DNA of 40,217 nt. It comes from Actinomycetota bacterium. GTDB lineage: Bacteria > Actinomycetota > Thermoleophilia > Miltoncostaeales > Miltoncostaeaceae. The notes beneath the pieces are model-generated. The model made no database searches. It was not told the origin of the DNA and saw only the letters and a program-made list of their open reading frames with translations. Position 1 is the first letter of the stretch, and every line of letters starts with the position of its first letter. The stretch is from positions 1 to 40,217 of the forward strand of contig JBIQJW010000002.1 in NCBI GenBank assembly GCA_044507145.1, given 5' to 3'. Shown here one piece after another: positions 20,539 through 32,779 of the stretch. The position numbers were made by a program, and so were the translations under genes.

Positions 20539-20937
20539 TTGTCACGCCAGAAGGTCACCCGCGGCCGCACCCGTCGGCGCGCGCGTAAGAACATCGCGGT
20601 GGGCAACGCCCACATCAAGACGTCGTTCAACAACACGATCGTCACGCTCACCGACAAGCAGGGGAACGTGATCGCGTGGGAGACGGCGGGTTCGGCCGGC
20701 TTCAAGGGGTCGCGTAAGAGCACCCCCTTCGCCGCCCAGGTCACCGCCGACTCGGCCGCCCGCAAGGGCATGGAGCACGGTCTCCAGAAGGTCGACGTCT
20801 ACGTCAAGGGCCCCGGCTCCGGTCGGGAGACCGCGATCCGCTCGCTGCAGGCCGCCGGTATCGAGGTCACCTCGGTCACCGACGTCAGCCCCGTCCCCCA
20901 CAACGGTTGCCGCCCTCGCAAGCGGCGCCGGGTCTAG
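20539..20937 (+). CDS. rpsK: 30S ribosomal protein S11
   Basis: A TTG start after GAGGGAG gives ...[18 protein letters not shown]...[10 protein letters not shown]. Confidence 0.94.
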   Translation: MSRQKVTRGRTRRRARKNIAVGNAHIKTSFNNTIVTLTDKQGNVIAWETAGSAGFKGSRKSTPFAAQVTADSAARKGMEHGLQKVDVYVKGPGSGRETAIRSLQAAGIEVTSVTDVSPVPHNGCRPRKRRRV

Positions 20938-20947
20938 GGGGTCCGGC

Positions 20948-21550
20948 ATGGCTCGTTACACCGGCCCGCAGGTGAAGCTCTCGCGCCGTGAGGGCGTGGC
21001 GCTCACCGACAAGTGCGTGAAGTACCTCGACCGGCGCAACTACCCGCCGGGTGAGCACGGCCGCGGCCGCATCCGCCAGAGCGAGTACCTGCTGCAGCTT
21101 CGCGAGAAGCAGAAGACGCGCCGCTTCTACGGCGTGCTCGAGAAGCAGTTCCGTCGCTACTACGAGAAGGCCAGCCGTCAGCCCGGGATCACCGGCGAGA
21201 ACCTGCTGCGCCTGCTCGAGCTGCGCCTGGACAACGTGGTGTACCGCCTCGGCTTCGCCGCCACGCGCCGTCAGGCCCGCCAGCTGGTGAACCACGGTCA
21301 CTTCCGGGTGAACGGCAAGAAGGTGAACATCCCCAGCTACCAGGTGCGTCCGGAGGACGTCATCACGGTGAAGGAGGGGTCGAACGCTGAGGCAGTGATC
21401 CGCGCCGCCACCGAGTCGGTGACCGTCGTCGCCGCCTGGCTGCAGGCCGACTACGACTCGCTGAACGGGAAGGTGCTGAAGGCGCCGGACCGCACCGAGA
21501 TCGACCTGCCGGTGCGCGAGCAGCTCATCGTGGAGCTCTACTCGAAGTAA
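20948..21550 (+). CDS. rpsD: 30S ribosomal protein S4
   Basis: [16 protein letters not shown]...[12 protein letters not shown]...[12 protein letters not shown] (S4 domain). Confidence 0.97.
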   Translation: MARYTGPQVKLSRREGVALTDKCVKYLDRRNYPPGEHGRGRIRQSEYLLQLREKQKTRRFYGVLEKQFRRYYEKASRQPGITGENLLRLLELRLDNVVYRLGFAATRRQARQLVNHGHFRVNGKKVNIPSYQVRPEDVITVKEGSNAEAVIRAATESVTVVAAWLQADYDSLNGKVLKAPDRTEIDLPVREQLIVELYSK

Positions 21551-21672
21551 ACGGTTCGGGGTTGTGAGCGATGGGGCGGGGTCCGTGACGCGCGGGCCCC
21601 GCGCCGATGCCCGCGACCCGCCCGACCGCGTCTGTACCGCAATCCGGCACCGCCGGAGAAGGATGGCATCAC

Positions 21673-22614
21673 GTGCTCGACATCCAGTCGCCCCGCATGA
21701 CCTACGAGCCCATCAGCGACACCCTCGGCCGCTTCGAGGTGGAGCCGCTGGACCGGGGCTTCGGTCACACCTTCGGTAACAGCCTCCGCCGGGTATTGCT
21801 GTCGTCCCTGGAGGGCGCGGCCGTCACGTCCGTGCGCTTCGAGGGCGTGCAGCACGAGTTCACCACCATCCCCGGCGTCCGTGAGGACGTCACCGACATC
21901 ATCCTGGCGCTGCGCGACCTCGTGTGCCGGCTGCAGGGCGAGGTGGGCGAGATCGAGGTGGAGCTCTCCAAGGTGGGTCCGGGCGTCGTCACGGCCGGCG
22001 ACATCTCGGTCCCCGCGGACCTGGAGATCCTGAACCCGGAGCTCGAGCTGGCCAACCTCGAGTCGGGCGCCCGCCTGGACATGATCCTCACGATCGCGCG
22101 CGGCCGTGGCTACGTGCCCGCGGATCAGAACAAGGGCCCGGGCACCACCATCGGGGTCATCCCGGTGGACTCGAACTTCTCTCCGGTGCTGCGGGTGCGG
22201 TACGAGGTGAGCCCCGCGCGTGTCGGGCAGCGCACCGACTACGACCGGCTCCTGCTGGAGATCCAGACCGACGGCAGCATCGACCCCCGGGGTGCGATCG
22301 CGGAGGCCGCCGGAAGCCTCATCAACCGGCTGGCGATCTTCGCCGACCCCGACAGCACCAAGCTGCTCGGCGAGCCGGTGGTGGAGGAGCCGCCGCCCGG
22401 CGGCGGCATGAACGACATCATGATCGAGGAGCTCGAGCTCGGCGTGCGGTCGTACAACTGCCTGAAGCGCGTCGGCGTGGAGACCATCGGGGACCTCATC
22501 TCCAAGACGGAGGCCGAGCTGTCGGCCATCCCGAACTTCGGCAAGAAGAGCATCGAAGAGGTCAAGGAAAATCTGGCGGCGCACGGCCTGGGCCTGCGCA
22601 GCGACGAGGACTAG
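21673..22614 (+). CDS. rpoA: DNA-directed RNA polymerase subunit alpha
   Basis: A GTG at 21673 after GGAGAAGGA gives VLDIQSPRMTYEP...FGNSLRRVLLSS...EFTTIPGV...RSYNCLKR. ORF 21607 adds 22 non-homologous codons. Confidence 0.93.
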   Translation: MLDIQSPRMTYEPISDTLGRFEVEPLDRGFGHTFGNSLRRVLLSSLEGAAVTSVRFEGVQHEFTTIPGVREDVTDIILALRDLVCRLQGEVGEIEVELSKVGPGVVTAGDISVPADLEILNPELELANLESGARLDMILTIARGRGYVPADQNKGPGTTIGVIPVDSNFSPVLRVRYEVSPARVGQRTDYDRLLLEIQTDGSIDPRGAIAEAAGSLINRLAIFADPDSTKLLGEPVVEEPPPGGGMNDIMIEELELGVRSYNCLKRVGVETIGDLISKTEAELSAIPNFGKKSIEEVKENLAAHGLGLRSDED

Positions 22615-22623
22615 AGGCACAGC

Positions 22624-22995
22624 ATGCGCCACCGCCGTCAAGGCCCCAAGCTCAACCGCAGCAGCGCCCACCGCGACGCGATGGCGGCGAACCTCGCCAC
22701 CGCGCTGCTCCAGCACGGCCGCATCCAGACCACGGCCCCGAAGGCGAAGCTCGCCCGCGGCGTGGCGGAGAAGGCCATCACGCTGGCCAAGCAGAACACG
22801 TTGCACTCGCGCCGGCAGGCCATCGCCCTGCTACGCAACAAGGACGTCACGTACCGCCTGTTCGACGAGATCGGCCCGGCGTTCCAGGATGTCCAGGGTG
22901 GCTACACCCGCACCCTGAAGCTCGGTCCGCGCCAGGGTGACGCCGCCGAGATGGTCCTGCTGGAGCTCTCCCACGGGGTGGCTCCCTCCGCCTGA
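22624..22995 (+). CDS. rplQ: 50S ribosomal protein L17
   Basis: MRHRRQGPKLNRSSAHRDAMAANLATALL...GGYTRTLKLGPRQGD. Confidence 0.96.
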   Translation: MRHRRQGPKLNRSSAHRDAMAANLATALLQHGRIQTTAPKAKLARGVAEKAITLAKQNTLHSRRQAIALLRNKDVTYRLFDEIGPAFQDVQGGYTRTLKLGPRQGDAAEMVLLELSHGVAPSA

Positions 22996-23741
22996 TGGAT
23001 GTCGCACCCCGGGTGCTCCGGCTCGATCTGGAGTACGACGGGGCGCGATTCCACGGCTGGGCACGTCAGCCCGGCCTGCGCACCGTCGAGGGCGTCCTTT
23101 CGGACGCCCTCGTGGCGTTGTTGCGCCATCCGGTAACCCTGGTGGTGGCCGGGCGGACGGATGCCGGCGTCCACGCCGCCGGCCAGGTGGCCAGCGTGGC
23201 GACCACCGCGGATCTCCCTGTGGAGCGCGTCGCGCGGGGGCTCGCCGGGATCCTGCCTCACGATGTCGCCGCACGGGCCGTGGCGGATGCGCCCGCCGGG
23301 TTCGACGCGCGCCGCGACGCGCGCTCGCGCCGGTACGAGTACCGGCTGCTGGTGGGACCCGACTCGCCCCTGCGCCGAGGGCGGGTGCACGAGGTGCGCC
23401 GACGGCTCGACCTCGCGGCGATGCGCCGGGCCGCGGATGCGCTGCTCGGACGCCACGACTTCCACGCCTTCACGCCCACGCGTACCGAGCACGTCTTCTT
23501 CGAGCGGACGCTGCTGGAGTGCTCCGTGCAGGAGCGGGGTGACGAGGTGGTGCTGGTGGTGGAGGCCGATGCCTTCCTGCGCAGCATGGTGCGCACGCTT
23601 GCGGGCACCCTGCTGCAGGTGGGCCTGGGGCGCTGGCCGGCGGAGCGGGCCGCCGCGCTGGTGGACGGGGCGGGGCGCCAGGACGCCGGGCCGACCCTGC
23701 CCGCCCACGGTCTGTGCCTGGTGGGCGTGCGCTACGACTGA
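22995..23741 (+). CDS. truA: tRNA pseudouridine(38-40) synthase TruA
   Basis: LEYDGARFHGWARQPG...VAGRTDAGVHAAGQV...; the start overlaps the rplQ stop (TGATG). Confidence 0.92.
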   Translation: MDVAPRVLRLDLEYDGARFHGWARQPGLRTVEGVLSDALVALLRHPVTLVVAGRTDAGVHAAGQVASVATTADLPVERVARGLAGILPHDVAARAVADAPAGFDARRDARSRRYEYRLLVGPDSPLRRGRVHEVRRRLDLAAMRRAADALLGRHDFHAFTPTRTEHVFFERTLLECSVQERGDEVVLVVEADAFLRSMVRTLAGTLLQVGLGRWPAERAAALVDGAGRQDAGPTLPAHGLCLVGVRYD

Positions 23742-23783
23742 CCCACCCGCGGGCCCGGCCCCCGTCCGGCGCAGGCGGTAGCC

Positions 23784-24628
23784 TTGGCGTCCCGCCGACT
23801 CGAGGACCGATTGCCCCACATCCTGGTCACCAACGACGACGGCGTGACCTCCCCCGGCCTGCTGGCGCTGGCGCAGGCGCTGCGCCCCTACGGCCGGGTG
23901 ACGGTCATCGCGCCGGACTCCAACCGCAGCGCCATCGGGCGCGGCATCACCATCCACAATCCGCTGCACCTCGAGGAGGTGCAGCTCGCGGACGGGACAC
24001 TCGCGTACGCGACCGACGGCACGCCGGTGGACTGCGTGCGGTTCGCGACCACCGGTGTGCTGGATTCGCCGCCGGACGTGGTGGTGAGCGGCATCAACCT
24101 GGGCGTGAACCTGGGCGACGATGTGACCTACTCGGGCACGGTGGCCGCCGCACTGGAGGGGATCCTGCTCGGACTCCCCGCGATCGCCGTGTCGGCCCAG
24201 GCGACCGACCAGGCAGCCGACCAGTGGAACGGCGCGGCCTACGACTTCCGCGTGGCGGCGGCCTTCGCCGCCCGCCTGGTGCCGGTGGTGCTTGCCGACG
24301 ACTTCCCCCCGCGGGTGATCCTGAACGTCAACGCCCCCGGCCTCGGGCCCGGGGATGTCACCGAGGCGTGGGTCACGCGACTGGGGCGCCGGGTGTACCG
24401 CGACGAGCTGCGTCTGCTCTCGGAGGAGGGCGGGCGACGCCGCTATTCGATCTACGGCCCGGCCGCGGGCTACCAGCGTGAATCCGGCAGCGACTTCGCC
24501 GCAATCGAGGCCGGGGCGCTGTCGGTGACCCCGATGCACTTCGATCTCACCGACATGGACGGCATGGGGCGCCTGGAGGCCCTCGCCCTGGCCGACCTTT
24601 TGGCCCCGGACGCCTCCCTCTACTCATC

Positions 24629-24632
<4 letters not shown>
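23784..24632 (+). CDS. surE: 5'/3'-nucleotidase SurE
   Basis: ILVTNDDGVTSPGL...SGINLGVNLGDDVTYSGTVAAALEG. The start is either TTG 23784 or TTG 23811 (giving MPHILVTNDDG). Confidence 0.88.
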
Positions 24633-28655
<4,023 letters not shown>

Positions 28656-28666
28656 GCCCAGCGCGG

Positions 28667-28870
28667 CTACACCGAGGCGAGTTCGCGCACCTCCGGCTCG
28701 GCCGAGTCGGGCAGGCGGTGGCCCGCCGCGGTCATCGACCGGATGAACAGGGTCTTGTCGATGCGCCCGTTGTAGATCGGCACCGACATCTCGACGCAGT
28801 GGCGCACGACCTGCCGCCGCGCCAGTCCCGTGAGCTCCGCGAGCTCGTCGGGGGTGAGGTGATTGGCCAT
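28667..28870 (-). CDS. Small helix-turn-helix DNA-binding protein (excisionase/MerR-like HTH_17 pattern)
   Basis: The ATG is preceded by GAGGAGGAGG with a 5-nt spacer, and GC3 is close to 100%. LTPDELAELTGLARRQVVRHCVEMSVPIYNGRIDKTLF resembles the HTH_17 pattern LT..EAA.LLG.S..T..R......P....G. Confidence 0.6.
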   Translation of the reverse strand: MANHLTPDELAELTGLARRQVVRHCVEMSVPIYNGRIDKTLFIRSMTAAGHRLPDSAEPEVRELASV

Positions 28871-29008
28871 TCGGACCTCCTCCTCGCTGTTTGCGCGCCG
28901 CGCCCATCCGCTCGCTCACCGTGGGGAGCTGCGGGGTGGATGGGAACCGTTGCGAACCGGGAACGCCGGACGGCGCGATGGCCGTCGGTTCGTGCACGCA
29001 TGATGCTG

Positions 29009-29039
29009 TGGTTATCGCCCCGGTGCGGCGCATTGTCAA
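29009..29039 (-). promoter_or_regulatory. Putative promoter for the HTH-dacB unit (perfect -35 TTGACA; weak -10 GATAAC/TAACCA)
   Basis: On the minus strand, TTGACA is at 29039-29034. -10 candidates lie 17-19 nt downstream. A C8 run (G8 on the + strand, 29049-29056) sits 9 nt upstream. Confidence 0.2.
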
Positions 29040-29114
29040 CACGCTAGCGGGGGGGGCCGGACGGCCGTCATCCCCTCCGGGTACGGCGCATCGCGCGCCG
29101 GCCCGGCCGGGATC

Positions 29115-29948
29115 TCAGCGCTCGTCGCCCAGCGGTGCGCGCACCGGCCGCGGCTCCGGCTCGCCGCCGCGCAACCGGCCCCGCGCCACCATCCACGCCC
29201 AGATGGTGAGGAAGCCGGCGGCGATCACGATGCCGCCCGCCACGGCGTCGGCGATGTAGTGGTTCGCCGTCGCCACGATGGTGAAGAGCACCAGCGCCGG
29301 ATAGGCCAGGGCCAGCAGGCGCAGCGGCCACGACCGCACCACCACCAGGCACACCAGGGCGATCATGAACGCGTAGCCGAAGTGCATGGAGGGCACCGCG
29401 GCGTGGGGGTTGAACCAGCCGGAGAGAAAGCCGCCGTGCAGGTCGATGTCGCTGAACGAGTGCAGCGTGTCCACGAACCCGTCGGACATGAGCCGCGGCG
29501 GCGCCACCGGGTACAGCATGAAGACCACAAGGGCGATGCCGTTGGCGGCCAAAAAGGCGTTGCGCACGTAGGGGTAGACCCGGTCGTGGCGCTTGTACAG
29601 CCACACGAAGAACAGGGCCGTCACGATCCAGTGGGCCGACATGTAGAAGTAATTGAGCATCTCGGTGAGTTCCACGTGGTTGAGCACCCACTCCTGGATG
29701 CTCGACTCCACGAAGAGACCGGAGCTCTTCTCCCAGTTGATGATGCGCGCGGCGTTGTCGAACGCCGTCGCCGGCTCGCCGATCACCAGCGCGCGCGAGC
29801 CCTGGTAGACGGCGAGGGCCAGGGCGAAGATGCCGATCTCGAACAGCCACGGGCGGCTGCCGAACATGCGCGCGCGCAGACCGGTGGCGGCGGCCGGCGG
29901 CCGCTCGTCGATCACCGTGACGTCATCGTCGTGGAGGGTCGTGCTCAT
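29115..29948 (-). CDS. PAP2_C-type membrane phosphotransferase (IPC-synthase/Aur1-like PAP2 superfamily)
   Basis: Polytopic membrane protein carrying the C2-like motif PSMH and the C3-like motif NHYIAD (HxxxD), with no KxxxxxxRP motif. Confidence 0.7.
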   Translation of the reverse strand: MSTTLHDDDVTVIDERPPAAATGLRARMFGSRPWLFEIGIFALALAVYQGSRALVIGEPATAFDNAARIINWEKSSGLFVESSIQEWVLNHVELTEMLNYFYMSAHWIVTALFFVWLYKRHDRVYPYVRNAFLAANGIALVVFMLYPVAPPRLMSDGFVDTLHSFSDIDLHGGFLSGWFNPHAAVPSMHFGYAFMIALVCLVVVRSWPLRLLALAYPALVLFTIVATANHYIADAVAGGIVIAAGFLTIWAWMVARGRLRGGEPEPRPVRAPLGDER

Positions 29949-30072
29949 GCGCTGTTTCGGATCCCGTCGTCAGCGTGCCACGTCACCGTAACGAGCGTCA
30001 CACTCCTGCAACAGCCCCGCCGGCGCATGGCTAACCGACCCTTGACCGGCGTCCCGCTGGGCGATGCGCGTC

Positions 30073-31404
30073 TCAGCCGCGTTCGGTGGGCCGGCGCGGC
30101 GGGCGCAGGTCGGCCGGCAGCGCACGGGCGGCGGCGATCTTCCTGAACGCGGCCCAGCTGGGCTTGCCGCGGGCCGCCACCACGCCGCGCTCGGTGGACC
30201 GGCTGACGCCGATCCGCACGCCGTTCCTGCTGGAGAGCAGGCCGGACGGCCAGGTGGGGTTGTCCTGCAGGTTGAACCAGATGATCGCCTTGAGGCGCGA
30301 CGACCGGGCCACCGGCAGGTTCGCGATCTGGCGCAGGTACTGCGCCTGCTGGCGGGGCGTGAAGGACACCGCGCGGAACGGTGTGCGCGCCGTGGTGTAG
30401 CCGGCCTCGGTGATGTACACGGGCATGCCGCGCCGGCGCGGCACCGCGTCCAGCGCCTCGAACAGGCGGGGGAGCGTTGCCCATGTGGGGAATGCCAGCC
30501 GGTTGGCGCGCGTTCGCGCCCGGGGCGGCTGCGAGGGGTACACGTGCTGCGAGTACGCGTCGAACCGGGCGTTGCTGCGCGCGAGCGACTGCGCCCAGGC
30601 CAGGGCACCCGTGCCGGTGGCCGATGTCGAGCTGCGCGGCCCGCCGACGCCGGCGATGATCACGGCGTCGCGATTGGAGCGGCGGATCGCCGGGTAGGCA
30701 CGGCTCACCATGCGCACGTAGTGGCGCAAACCGGCCGGCTTGCCGCGGTGGAACTGGGGCGACAGGAAGGCACCCAGGTTCGGCTCGTTCCACAGCTCCC
30801 AGTGGCGTACCTCAGGGAGGCGGGGCGTGCGGGGGGCGGGCCGGTAGTGGCCGTTGTACCTGGTGGCCAGCGCCTTCATGAACGCCGCGAACTGGCCCGG
30901 GTCGGGCGGATGCGCCTGCCGGTTCGCCACATCCGGCTTCGGACCGCCGCGGCGGATGGCCCATGGCGGGGTTGCGTACACGACCATGATCGGGACGATG
31001 CCCCGCTCGTCGAGGCCCCGCACCACGGCATCCAGGCGCTGGAAGTCGTAGGCGGGATCGTCCGGGTCGGTGGGGGTCTTCGGCCGGGTGGGTGCGATGT
31101 CCGCCCAGATCACGTCGTGGCGGGTCACCTTCGTGCGCGAGGCCTCCAAGAGGTCCAGGCGGTCCACGAGTTCCTCGCCGGGGGAATTGAGGCGGTCGTC
31201 CTGCACTCCGAGGGGGGCGAGCGCGCCGGCGGTGGTGGCCCCGGCGGCCATGGTGGTGATGAGCGCCGCCGTGAGGAGCGCAGAGCGTGGTGTGATGCGA
31301 GGCCTCCGTGGTCTGTCCGGCGGCTGCCGGGCGCCGGGAATGAAAGCGCCTGCGGCGGGCCGGTTCCACAGACCCGGGCCGGGGGGAACATCCGCCGCCG
31401 GCAC
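30073..31404 (-). CDS. Secreted clan GH-A (TIM-barrel, GH5/GH39-like) glycoside hydrolase
   Basis: Acid/base motif HWELWNEPN and nucleophile motif VYITEAGY. Signal-like segment RRPRITPRSALLTAALITTMAAGATTAGALA. The start is uncertain: GTG 31404, ATG 31446 or ATG 31251. The 930-aa ORF is an artefact. Confidence 0.72.
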   Translation of the reverse strand: MPAADVPPGPGLWNRPAAGAFIPGARQPPDRPRRPRITPRSALLTAALITTMAAGATTAGALAPLGVQDDRLNSPGEELVDRLDLLEASRTKVTRHDVIWADIAPTRPKTPTDPDDPAYDFQRLDAVVRGLDERGIVPIMVVYATPPWAIRRGGPKPDVANRQAHPPDPGQFAAFMKALATRYNGHYRPAPRTPRLPEVRHWELWNEPNLGAFLSPQFHRGKPAGLRHYVRMVSRAYPAIRRSNRDAVIIAGVGGPRSSTSATGTGALAWAQSLARSNARFDAYSQHVYPSQPPRARTRANRLAFPTWATLPRLFEALDAVPRRRGMPVYITEAGYTTARTPFRAVSFTPRQQAQYLRQIANLPVARSSRLKAIIWFNLQDNPTWPSGLLSSRNGVRIGVSRSTERGVVAARGKPSWAAFRKIAAARALPADLRPPRRPTERG

Positions 31405-31475
31405 CCATGCACGACCCGTGCCCGCCGGGCCGGTCGCGATGACCATGCCGGGCGGGCCCGTGCCGTGTTGCTTCA

Positions 31476-31549
31476 TCGGGGTGCCCGGATTTGAACCGGG
31501 GACCTCTCCGACCCGAACGGAGCGCGCTACCAAGCTGCGCCACACCCCG
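31476..31549 (-). tRNA. tRNA-Pro (anticodon CGG), 74 nt, CCA not encoded
   Basis: Manual cloverleaf: acceptor CGGGGTG/CACCCCG, D stem GCGC/GCGC, anticodon stem CTCCG/CGGAG with loop TTCGGGT, T stem CCCGG/CCGGG with loop TTCAAAT. C1:G72 and A73 are typical of bacterial tRNA-Pro. Confidence 0.92.
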
Positions 31550-31619
31550 CCGATCAACGGCCTGCGAATGCTAGCCGAACGGGGCGCCCGTGTGGGGCGC
31601 CGCAGGCGATCCGCGCCGA

Positions 31620-31853
31620 TCAGACGGTGATGACGCCCTCGACCTCGGGGACCGAGCGGCGCAGTTCGGCCTCGATGCCCAGCGTGAGGGTGGCGGTGGA
31701 CATGGGACAGCCCCCGCAGGAACCCTGCATCATCAGGTGCACGAAGCCCTCGTCGTCGAACTCGACGAGCTCCACGTCGCCGCCGTCCGCATGAAGCGCG
31801 GGGCGGATCTGGTCCAGCACATCCTCGATCTGAGACAGGATCTCGGCCGACAT
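31620..31853 (-). CDS. NifU-C/Nfu-type Fe-S cluster assembly/delivery protein (77 aa)
   Basis: MSAEILSQIEDVLDQIRPALHADGGDVELVEFDDEGFVHLMMQGSCGGCPMS (CxxC Nfu motif). GTG 31862 and TTG 31859 are alternative starts. Confidence 0.85.
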   Translation of the reverse strand: MSAEILSQIEDVLDQIRPALHADGGDVELVEFDDEGFVHLMMQGSCGGCPMSTATLTLGIEAELRRSVPEVEGVITV

Positions 31854-32703
31854 GCCCAACACCCCCGGTCGTACGACTCCGACAGCCCATGCTAGCGCCC
31901 CGCTGCGTGTCGCCGCCGTGCAGCTCACCAGCGGTGACGATCGCGCGCGCAACATCGCCGTGGCGGGCGATCTGGTGGCCCGCGCCGCCGGCGCCGGGGC
32001 GCGGCTGGTGGTGCTGCCCGAGAAGTGGCCGTTCATCCACGGGCCGCGCACTCTGGACGGCGCCGAGACGCTCGACGGGCCGTCGGTGGGGGCCGCACGC
32101 GAGTGGGCGTCCAAGCACGGGATCGCGGTGCTGGCCGGCAGCATCGTGGAGGCGGGCGCGCCGGACGGGCGGGCGTACAACACCAGCGTGCTGATCGACC
32201 CGGCCGGTGAGGTGGTGGCCACCTACCGCAAGCTGCACCTGTTCGACGTGCAGGTGGGCGGCCACGTCTACCGCGAGTCGCGCGCCACGGCCCCCGGCGA
32301 CCGGGTGGTGCTGGGCGAGGTCCTGGGCCGGCCGGTGGGCATGTCGGTGTGTTACGACCTGCGTTTCCCGGAGCTGTACCGGGAGCTGGTGGCGCGGGGG
32401 GCGCACATCCTGGTGGTGCCCGCGGCGTTCACCGTCGCGACCGGCCGCGACCACTGGGAGCCGCTGCTGCGGGCCCGGGCCATCGAGAACCAGTGCTTCG
32501 TGATCGCGGCCGGCCAGTGGGGGACGCACGCCGACGGCACCGCCTCGTACGGGCGCAGCATGGTGATCGACCCGTGGGGGACCGTGCTGGCCGAGGCCGG
32601 CGACGGCGAGGGCCTGGCGGTGGCCGACCTCGACTTCGCCCACATGGAGGACGTGCGCGAGCGGCTGCCGGCGCTCCGGCACCGCCGCCACCGGGACGCC
32701 TGA
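31852..32703 (+). CDS. Carbon-nitrogen hydrolase family protein (Nit/omega-amidase-like)
   Basis: E-K-C triad contexts LPEKWPF, YRKLHLFD and GMSVCYDLRFPE. The family-typical N-terminus (M)RVAAVQL begins at a CTG 17 codons after the ATG at 31852. Confidence 0.85.
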   Translation: MPNTPGRTTPTAHASAPLRVAAVQLTSGDDRARNIAVAGDLVARAAGAGARLVVLPEKWPFIHGPRTLDGAETLDGPSVGAAREWASKHGIAVLAGSIVEAGAPDGRAYNTSVLIDPAGEVVATYRKLHLFDVQVGGHVYRESRATAPGDRVVLGEVLGRPVGMSVCYDLRFPELYRELVARGAHILVVPAAFTVATGRDHWEPLLRARAIENQCFVIAAGQWGTHADGTASYGRSMVIDPWGTVLAEAGDGEGLAVADLDFAHMEDVRERLPALRHRRHRDA

Positions 32704-32779
32704 GCACGCCGGCGCTCGCCCGGATCGGCACCCGCCGCGCGGCGCGTCATCCTCACGTGCCGATCGCCATACTGACCCG

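Noticed and set aside
28656-29042. An N-terminal extension of the PBP4 ORF giving a 549-aa model. A start at ATG 28907 would overlap the whole HTH gene.
   Set aside because: Third-position GC in this frame drops sharply upstream of about 28667. The overlapping 67-aa ORF has near-perfect GC3 and a strong RBS.
29968-30000. Three CGTCA pentamers spaced 13 and 15 nt apart upstream of the PAP2 gene, considered as a possible operator array.
   Set aside because: The motif is short and GC-rich with irregular spacing, and it lacks dyad symmetry. It is within chance expectation for this composition.
31474-31476. An ATG (MKQHGTGPPG...) as the start of the glycosidase.
   Set aside because: The codon overlaps the discriminator base of tRNA-Pro and would leave no untranslated leader. 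The downstream in-frame starts (31446 and 31404) are more plausible.
28667-31549. A possible integrated mobile element, suggested by a tRNA-Pro gene with an excisionase-like HTH gene 2.6 kb away.
   Set aside because: There is no integrase, recombinase or transposase ORF. I could find no direct repeat of the tRNA 3' end in the window. Composition matches the flanks. The intervening genes are ordinary envelope enzymes.
31550-31619. A TAGCAT -10-like hexamer and a GGCGCC...GGCGCC repeat between Nfu and tRNA-Pro, considered as a tRNA promoter or an Nfu terminator.
   Set aside because: There is no acceptable -35 at 16-19 nt. The 6-bp palindromic stem is weak and lacks a U-tract. This is not enough to make a call.
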